Source: Deltaproteobacteria bacterium (GTDB lineage: Bacteria > Desulfobacterota > BSN033 > UBA1163). Taken from it: 64,000 nucleotides of DNA. Location of the stretch: positions 21,823-85,822 of the forward strand of contig VGSS01000001.1 in NCBI GenBank assembly GCA_016874935.1, read 5' to 3'. Shown piece by piece: positions 57,868 to 64,000 of this stretch (the stretch's first letter is position 1; each line of letters begins with the position of its first letter). The notes beneath the pieces were generated by a model. The model was given only the letters and a program-made list of their open reading frames with translations. It was not told where the DNA came from and ran no database searches. A program made the position numbers and the translations under genes.

Positions 57868-58278
57868 ATGAAAGACGAAGAACTAAAAGAGATGTTAAAG
57901 AATGGTGAGACAATAGCGGTCGTGGGAATTTCACCCAAAGAGGACAGGCCCAGCTTCAGGGTGGCCGCCTATCTCCAATCGAAGAGCTACCGCATCATAC
58001 CGGTCCGGCCTGACGGCGATACGATCCTCGGTGAAAAAGTCTACCGAAATCTGATGGATATCCCCGAAGGGATGGAAGTTGATGTGGTCGATATCTTCCG
58101 GAAATCGGAGGAGGTTCCTCCCATTGTGGAAGAGGCGATTCGGCGGGGAGCAAAGATCATCTGGATGCAGGAAGGAGTGATCCATCAGAAGGCAGGAGAA
58201 GAGGCCGAGAAGGCTGGCCTGAAAGTGGTGATGGATCGGTGTATGAAGAAAGAACATCAACGACTTTTTGAAACATAA
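57868..58278 (+). CDS. CoA-binding domain protein (YccU-like)
   Basis: IAVVGISPKEDRPSFRV...IIPVRP...VDIFRKSEEVPPIVEEAI pattern. AGGAGG ribosome-binding site before MKDEEL. The ORF-track N-terminal extension runs through an R6 repeat. Confidence 0.75.
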   Translation: MKDEELKEMLKNGETIAVVGISPKEDRPSFRVAAYLQSKSYRIIPVRPDGDTILGEKVYRNLMDIPEGMEVDVVDIFRKSEEVPPIVEEAIRRGAKIIWMQEGVIHQKAGEEAEKAGLKVVMDRCMKKEHQRLFET

Positions 58279-58284
58279 ATTCTA

Positions 58285-58415
58285 ATTTCGAAGCACGAAA
58301 TCCGAAACAAGCACGAATATTCAAAATACCAATTTCCAAACAGATTAAAGTTTAGAATTTTGAAATTCGAATTTCGGATTTGTTTCGAATTTCGATATTC
58401 GGATTTCGGATTTTT
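58285..58415. repeat. AT-rich palindromic element, family R3, copy 2 (between convergent genes)
   Basis: tcgaagcacgaaatccgaaac ... gaaattcgaatttcggatttgtttcgaatttcgatattcggatttcggatttttt; homologous to 36900-37065. Confidence 0.65.
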
Positions 58416-58417
58416 TC

Positions 58418-59527
58418 TTAATACCCCAGGATCGTTCTCCTCCCATTATATCGCTCGATATCGTATTGGGTATTGATATCGACGACATTCAATTTCCCCA
58501 CGGCCTCCTCCAGAGAAACAGCTGTGATCCGGCCATTGCGCAGGCTGACCATCTTTCCGAAATCCTCTTTGGCAATCAGATCCATGGCCGCAATCCCGAA
58601 ATATCTTCCCATCCTGCGGTCATAGGCGCACGGAGCGCCTCCTCTCTGAAGATGGCTCAGGATGATGCTTCGTGTCTCGATCTTTGTGGATTCTGTGATC
58701 TGATCTGCCAGGAATTCTCCGACCCCACCCAGGGCTTTGTGCCCAAAACTATCCACGCCATTCTCTTTTATAATTTCAGAGCCTCCGGCAGGTTTTGCCC
58801 CTTCGGCCGCAACGATGATCTCATACCGGGTCCCTTTTCGATGGCCTTCCATGAGCAACTCGTTCACCCTGTTCACATCGAAATCGTATTCAGGGATGAG
58901 GATGATATAGGCGCCGCTCGACTCTCCTCCTTCCAACGCCAACCAGCCCGCATGCCTTCCCATCGTCTCCACCACGAAAATCCTCCGGTGAGAACCGGCT
59001 GTTGTTCGAAGGCGATCGATCTCTTCGGTGATGACATTGAGGGCGGTCTCAAACCCCAGCGTATAATCGGTTCCTGAGAGGTCTTTATCAATCGTCTTTG
59101 GAATGCCGACGACCTTCACCCCTTCGCGATGGAGTTTATTGGCCACTCCAAGGGTATCCTCGCCGCCGATGGCGATCAAATAATCGATCCGGAACCGTCC
59201 CAGGTTTTCAAGAACGGTTTTTGAGCGATCTTTCTTGGCGTCATAGGGATTCGTTCTCGAAGTGCCGAGATTCGTCCCTCCATAACGATCCCATGTCCTC
59301 ACCATCTCTTCGGTCAGCGTGAACATCCTCGAAACGGGAGGATCCCCATCTCCCTCCGGCTGAACCAACCCCTTCCAGCCATCACGGATTCCAACCACCT
59401 CATGCTGAACCTTCCTCACCCGCTGTAGCCTGTCATCGAGCGCTGTCTTGACCACCCATTTGATCGCTGGATTCAATCCCGCGCAGTCCCCTCCCCCAGT
59501 TAGAACACCAATTCTTTTCTTTTCCAT
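58418..59527 (-). CDS. pfp: 6-phosphofructokinase, signature residues suggest the pyrophosphate-dependent type
   Basis: GVLTGGGDCAGLN, GGEDT (Asp at the position of E. coli Gly104) and PKTIDKD (Lys at the position of Gly124). Confidence 0.8.
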   Translation of the reverse strand: MEKKRIGVLTGGGDCAGLNPAIKWVVKTALDDRLQRVRKVQHEVVGIRDGWKGLVQPEGDGDPPVSRMFTLTEEMVRTWDRYGGTNLGTSRTNPYDAKKDRSKTVLENLGRFRIDYLIAIGGEDTLGVANKLHREGVKVVGIPKTIDKDLSGTDYTLGFETALNVITEEIDRLRTTAGSHRRIFVVETMGRHAGWLALEGGESSGAYIILIPEYDFDVNRVNELLMEGHRKGTRYEIIVAAEGAKPAGGSEIIKENGVDSFGHKALGGVGEFLADQITESTKIETRSIILSHLQRGGAPCAYDRRMGRYFGIAAMDLIAKEDFGKMVSLRNGRITAVSLEEAVGKLNVVDINTQYDIERYNGRRTILGY

Positions 59528-59539
59528 AGCTCCTCCTAC

Positions 59540-59695
59540 CCCAGAAAATAAAAGTCTAATGGTAAGGGTAACGAGGCCCGTATCGTTAATAGAAGGTTAC
59601 GTTTATCGTCTCTTAATTCTTTATACGTTGCCGTAACCGGTAACCGAAACGGGCTTCGTAACCGTAACCCATTTTCTAACCATTTAACCTTTCCT
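59540..59695. repeat. Intergenic repeat family R4, copy c; begins immediately upstream of the PFK start codon
   Basis: aaaataaaagtctaatggtaagggtaacgaggcccgtatcgttaatagaaggttacgtttatcgtc...ccgtaaccggtaaccg. Confidence 0.65.
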
Positions 59696-59700
59696 TTTCT

Positions 59701-60177
59701 TCACGAAATTCTTTTACAATAAGTGATCCGGTCGTTCCCCTCCCAGTAATAATCGGCAATTCTTGCCGCTTCCTGAAATCCTTTTCTTAAATAAAACCCC
59801 TGGGCCTTCTCATAGGAGGGAATGGAAGATGTATCGGCAAGAATCATTCTCCCTTTCAATCCCCTTACTTCCTCCTCCAGATAATCTAAAAGTTCTGATC
59901 CGATCTTCCGTCCCTGAACGCCTGGGTCAATGACAATCCAGTAAAGGTCGAAAGTCCCCTGGGTCATCGGGACAGGACCATAACAGATATACCCCAGCGG
60001 TTGCTCCTGATCGTCCACCGCACAAGCGATTCTGTAATCCTTTTGGCTTTCATTTCCGAGCACAATGTCGATCAACTCTATCGCGACTCCGACCTCTTCG
60101 TCGGTGAAAACGCCCGTCTCGATCACCATCCTCCGGAGCCTCTCCCTGTCCTTTGAAATCAGCGGCCGAATCTTCAT
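59701..60177 (-). CDS. GNAT-family N-acetyltransferase
   Basis: Acetyl-CoA-binding motif Q/R-x-x-G-x-G/A (…VQGRKIGSELL…). Confidence 0.75.
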   Translation of the reverse strand: MKIRPLISKDRERLRRMVIETGVFTDEEVGVAIELIDIVLGNESQKDYRIACAVDDQEQPLGYICYGPVPMTQGTFDLYWIVIDPGVQGRKIGSELLDYLEEEVRGLKGRMILADTSSIPSYEKAQGFYLRKGFQEAARIADYYWEGNDRITYCKRIS

Positions 60178-61631
60178 CGCCCCTTCTCCACCACTTTGAT
60201 CAAACTGTTTGCTGGGACCATCTGGCCAGGAACTCCGCCGTTCAACAAAACCATCTCCTTCATTTTCTCCTTTGGAACCCCAAAAGAACGAAGAGTATTC
60301 TCAAGAGTATCGGAAGTGGTTATGGTTCGGATTCTTATCCGGTCAGGTCTCACATTAATCTTTCTATAATCGGTCAGTTCCCTAAACCGATGCATGGTAT
60401 TTTCGAAGAGACCTCTATGGCCTTGAAATAGCCCAATAGAGGTCAAACCATGAAAGAGATAAATCTTCCTGTCCTTTTCAATGAAATAGGACATCACCCG
60501 CAATACCCCTTTCTGGGTTTGAATATCGGAAATCAGGCGATGAGACGGAAGACCGTTCACCAGAATGGCTTCAGACCTAACCACGAGGGCGCCGGTTTTA
60601 GAGAGGAATGTCCTCGCCGCCTCTCTGGATGAGGGAGCGGTGGTCAAGGAAAAGAGTATGATCGCATCCTCTTTTTCGCTTATCATCTGAACCTGCGAAG
60701 GCCGGTTTTGGATCTTCCATCTGACAGGCACAGGAAATTGAAAACGGAGAACAGGGTGATAAAATATATCATCTTCCACATATCCTTGGAGCGGATCGTC
60801 TCCATATACGAGACCGTCTATCTCTCTTAAATATTCTTCTCGATTCACTTTCGGGTCTTTCAGTTCGTGCCGCTTCTGCCACTCTTTTGCTCTTGACCGC
60901 ACAATCTGAACACGATCTTCCGGACTGGGGTGAGTCGAAAACCAGCCTGGCAGTCCACTCCGATCTGATCCCGGGTTTATCCTTTCCAGTGTTTCAAAAA
61001 AACTAGCCAACTGCGCCGCATCATAGCCCGCCTTGCTCGAATACTCCACCCCTAAATCATCCGCTTCCCTCTCATTATCCCTGCTGAACCTTAGAAAAAG
61101 CATCCCCACACCTAACTGAGCCAGGCTTGTCACAATAGGCGAATCGATAAAGATTGATCCCACTCCTAACCCCAGTTGGGCAAGCTGGGCTTTACTATAC
61201 TGCTGGGCGGAATGGCGCGCCGCTACGTGGCCGATCTCGTGTCCCATCACAGCAGCCAGTTCAGCCTCGCTGTTGAGAACAGCTAAAATCCCCCGGGGAA
61301 AGTAAACATAGCCCCCTGGCACGGCAAAGGCATTGATGACCGAAGCATCGAGGATCTTACAATCGTAGGCCAGTTGTGACCGATGAGAAGCCCTGCCCAG
61401 TTGACGACATATGTTTTTGAGATAGGCGGTTAGTCTCGGATCTTCATAGATGCCGTATTGTTTTACGATCTCAACATCTGTTTCCCTGCCCAAATTGATT
61501 TCATCGCGCTCACTCAAAAGCATCAGTTCCTGTTTGCCGGTGACAGGATTGACCGCGCATGAAGGAATCAAAAAGAGAAAACATAGAAGGCAGAATGAGA
61601 TCTTCATCCATCTCATATTTTTTTCCTCCAT
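60174..61631 (-). CDS. M48-family zinc metallopeptidase with signal peptide and a long C-terminal domain
   Basis: HEIGHVAARH (HExxH) motif with a downstream Glu. Probable start MEEKNMRWMKISF (signal peptide). Confidence 0.8.
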   Translation of the reverse strand: MEEKNMRWMKISFCLLCFLFLIPSCAVNPVTGKQELMLLSERDEINLGRETDVEIVKQYGIYEDPRLTAYLKNICRQLGRASHRSQLAYDCKILDASVINAFAVPGGYVYFPRGILAVLNSEAELAAVMGHEIGHVAARHSAQQYSKAQLAQLGLGVGSIFIDSPIVTSLAQLGVGMLFLRFSRDNEREADDLGVEYSSKAGYDAAQLASFFETLERINPGSDRSGLPGWFSTHPSPEDRVQIVRSRAKEWQKRHELKDPKVNREEYLREIDGLVYGDDPLQGYVEDDIFYHPVLRFQFPVPVRWKIQNRPSQVQMISEKEDAIILFSLTTAPSSREAARTFLSKTGALVVRSEAILVNGLPSHRLISDIQTQKGVLRVMSYFIEKDRKIYLFHGLTSIGLFQGHRGLFENTMHRFRELTDYRKINVRPDRIRIRTITTSDTLENTLRSFGVPKEKMKEMVLLNGGVPGQMVPANSLIKVVEKGR

Positions 61632-61830
61632 GGTCTTTTTTTTCTGATGAAAGTTATTATACACCATATGGGCTATCTGGTAAACTCCTTTGAGTTCGGA
61701 TATAATTACAACGAATATCGCGAATGACATCGAATTTGACAAATGTTATTTAATACTATCAGAATAAACATGCTCTCCATTTTCTTTTATTCGTGATATT
61801 CGATACCATTGGTTTCATTCGATTCTCTTT

Positions 61831-63342
61831 ATGTATCAGAGAGCCAGCGGCATCCTTCTTCACATCACTTCACTCCCCTCGCCTTTTGGAATCGGCGATC
61901 TGGGGCCCTCCGCATATCAATTTGCCGACTTCCTAACTCAAACAAAACAGAGTTACTGGCAGGTCTTACCCCTCAACCCCACGGACGAGGCTTGTGGAAA
62001 TTCTCCTTACGGCAGTCCCTCCGCTTTTGCAGGAAATCCGCTCCTCATCAGCCCAGAGCTTCTCAGGGAGTTCGGTTTTCTCAAAAAGAGGGATATAGAA
62101 GAGATTCCTCCATTTCCGGAAGGGCGCTGTGACTACGCATCTGTCATCTCCTATAAATCAGACTTGCTTTGCCGTGCCTATGACTCTTTTAAAACGGCTG
62201 GAAAACAGAGGGCTGCCTTTGAAACATTCTGCAAGGAGAATGAAGAGTGGCTCGAAGATTTTGCCCTGTTCTTTGTGATTAAAAAACATTTTAAAGGAAA
62301 AGCATGGGGAGAATGGGAAAAGGATCTGAGGAACAGAAATTCCGAATATCTTGAAAGGGTCGGGAATAATCTTCGGGATGAGATCGAGCAGGAGAAGTTT
62401 TATCAGTATCTCTTCTTCAAGCAGTGGCTCTCCCTTAAGGCTTACTGCAATCAAAAGGGTATTCGATTGATCGGAGATATTCCCATCTATGTCAATTATG
62501 ATAGCTCTGATGTATGGACGAATTCCGAGATCTTCAATCTAAATAAGGAGAAGAAACCATTAGGGGTTGCAGGCGTCCCGCCTGACTACTTCAGCAAGAC
62601 CGGCCAGTTCTGGGGAAATCCGACTTTTCGCTGGGATCGTCTCCAAAAGACGGATTACCAATGGTGGTTCCATCGCATTTCCCATAACCTCCGCCTTTTT
62701 GATATTTTGCGTCTTGATCATTTCAGGGGTTTGATCGCCTACTGGGAAATTCCTTCCACGGAGACAACCGCTATGAACGGCAAATGGGTGGAGGCTCCTG
62801 CGGATGATTTTTTGACGGCTCTCCTGAAAAGATTCCCCGTTGACTCTTTCATTGCAGAGGATCTTGGAATCATAACGCCTGATGTGAAAGAAGTGATGGA
62901 TCGGTTCGGCTTTCCGGGCATGCGGGTCCTTCAATTTGCCTTCGGTGAAGACTCACCCAACCATCCCTATCTTCCTCACAACTTTATCTCCAACACCGTT
63001 GTCTATACCGGCACCCATGACAATAATACGATCAGGGGATGGTTCGAAAACGAGATTCATCCGGAGGACAAAAAGAGGGTGTTTCGCTACCTGGGGAGAG
63101 AGGTTTTCTCCGAAGACTTGCCGGCCGAACTCATCCGTCTTGGAATGATGTCCGTGGCCAATATGGTCATCACTCCTTTGCAGGATGTCTTAGGGCTGGG
63201 AGAAGAGACAAGGATGAACCGTCCTTCCACCCTATCGGGGAATTGGGAATGGCGGCTTCTGCCGGACCAGCTCACCTCTTCCTATGCGGAAATGCTTCTT
63301 GAATTGACTAAAATTTATGGGCGATCATGGGAATATCGATAA
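61831..63342 (+). CDS. malQ: 4-alpha-glucanotransferase (amylomaltase, GH77)
   Basis: N-terminal SGILLHITSLPSPFGIGDLG and GH77 catalytic-region motifs (…IGDIPIYV…, …LRLDHFRG…). Confidence 0.9.
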   Translation: MYQRASGILLHITSLPSPFGIGDLGPSAYQFADFLTQTKQSYWQVLPLNPTDEACGNSPYGSPSAFAGNPLLISPELLREFGFLKKRDIEEIPPFPEGRCDYASVISYKSDLLCRAYDSFKTAGKQRAAFETFCKENEEWLEDFALFFVIKKHFKGKAWGEWEKDLRNRNSEYLERVGNNLRDEIEQEKFYQYLFFKQWLSLKAYCNQKGIRLIGDIPIYVNYDSSDVWTNSEIFNLNKEKKPLGVAGVPPDYFSKTGQFWGNPTFRWDRLQKTDYQWWFHRISHNLRLFDILRLDHFRGLIAYWEIPSTETTAMNGKWVEAPADDFLTALLKRFPVDSFIAEDLGIITPDVKEVMDRFGFPGMRVLQFAFGEDSPNHPYLPHNFISNTVVYTGTHDNNTIRGWFENEIHPEDKKRVFRYLGREVFSEDLPAELIRLGMMSVANMVITPLQDVLGLGEETRMNRPSTLSGNWEWRLLPDQLTSSYAEMLLELTKIYGRSWEYR

Positions 63343-63392
63343 TCCTTGATTCCTCCGGCTCAAGAATATAGGGGGTAGGTAAATTGCCTGCT

Positions 63393-63440
63393 GGAGCCGG
63401 CGCGGGGATTTGAACCCCGGACCTACTGATTACGAAAATA
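63393..63440 (-). tRNA. Truncated tRNA gene, 3' portion only (T-arm, acceptor 3' strand and CCA)
   Basis: Reverse complement reads ...aggtccggggttcaaatccccgcgccggctcca. The T-stem cgggg/ccccg, a TTCAAAT loop, the acceptor strand, a discriminator and CCA are present. No complementary 5' acceptor strand or D-arm lies upstream. Confidence 0.4.
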
Positions 63441-63498
63441 TCGCCCACCTTCAATCATTTCAATAAGTTACCGAATTTCCTTAAACAATTTTGAAATC

Positions 63499-63759
63499 AT
63501 GTTACTACAATCTACCCCTGTTTTTCAAGTGGAGGTGGGAAAATCCATCGAAGAAATCGCAGAAGAGCATCGATCACCCGAATCATTGAGTTGCGTAATC
63601 GGGCTTGTGGTCTGCCGGAATGGAGAGTTCTTTGAGAGTTTCGCTGTAGAGTTTCCTCAAGACATCTCGCCCGATGGGATAATGGCTATTCTGCAAGATA
63701 CCGGAATCCAGCTAAAGACCTCATTGAAGTTGTTTGATGAAGAGAAAAAAGGAGAGTGA
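63499..63759 (+). CDS. Hypothetical small protein (86 aa), no recognisable family
   Basis: ORF only; sits right after the tRNA fragment. Confidence 0.2.
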   Translation: MLLQSTPVFQVEVGKSIEEIAEEHRSPESLSCVIGLVVCRNGEFFESFAVEFPQDISPDGIMAILQDTGIQLKTSLKLFDEEKKGE

Positions 63760-64000
63760 CATTAAATGTAGTGTCTTCAGATTGAGAGGGAAATATTTCC
63801 AAGAGGACCGTTATAAACCAGAATGCAACGTGCCAAAATATTCCTCCCGATTAGGGCGACGATATTCTGGTTCCTCAATTCACTTCCTAATACCGCATTC
63901 AAACTTAGGATAATCGTAGTTCCAGGAAAGGCCAATTTTATGGGGAAAAGTTCTTGGGCCGCTTGCCCTTGAGGTGTAAACACGGTCGATACTCCAACCG

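Noticed and set aside
63393-63470. Complete tRNA gene
   Set aside because: Only the T-arm, the acceptor 3' strand and CCA are present. No complementary 5' acceptor strand or D-arm could be found upstream, so it is reported as a fragment only.

Overview
This is a 64 kb chromosomal segment from a Gram-negative (diderm) bacterium, with moderate GC content and dense gene packing, mostly on the minus strand. The diderm call rests on LPS heptosyltransferases, a TonB C-terminal domain, a class A PBP and an Lpp-like lipoprotein.

- Bases 1-23.8k: one long minus-strand LPS/surface-polysaccharide cluster.
  - It carries an Alg14-like fragment, GT2, GT4 and two GT9 glycosyltransferases, a Wzx-like flippase, a polysaccharide deacetylase, wecB and a WbpB/WbpD/WbpE-like UDP-di-N-acetyl-sugar module.
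  - It also carries a SAM methyltransferase and a tandem-domain Kdo/WaaP-type kinase.
  - An IS200/RAYT tyrosine transposase flanked by REP palindromes interrupts the cluster.
- Bases 23.9k-30.5k: envelope and division genes (hotdog thioesterase, radical SAM protein, FtsB, TonB-like protein, a 1010-aa TPR protein, and a Pcm methyltransferase with an N-terminal signal-like extension).
- Bases 30.6k-33.1k: an AT-rich island. It has about 1.1 kb with no ORF, a 61-aa ORF translationally coupled to an ORF6N/KilA-N-family gene, and a convergent DUF5618-like gene. Paired GCGCTATGC direct-repeat motifs lie near it.
- Bases 33k-64k: housekeeping and metabolic genes.
  - These include rarA, suhB, an ECF sigma/anti-sigma pair, a LysM-NlpC/P60 peptidase and PBP1A.
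  - Metabolic genes include a PFK with a pyrophosphate-type signature, an M48 protease and malQ.
  - A duplicated TAXI-type TRAP transporter module with DUF1850 is embedded among CoA/beta-oxidation-like enzymes.

The most striking sequence-level feature is the number of distinct intergenic palindromic repeat families. These are REP doublets, a roughly 150-200 bp MITE-like family with terminal inverted repeats (four full copies within 8 kb, two of them flanking a frameshifted DUF559 gene), and at least three further families, as well as ACTGATY heptamer tandem repeats. The window ends with a truncated tRNA 3' fragment, a possible integration scar.
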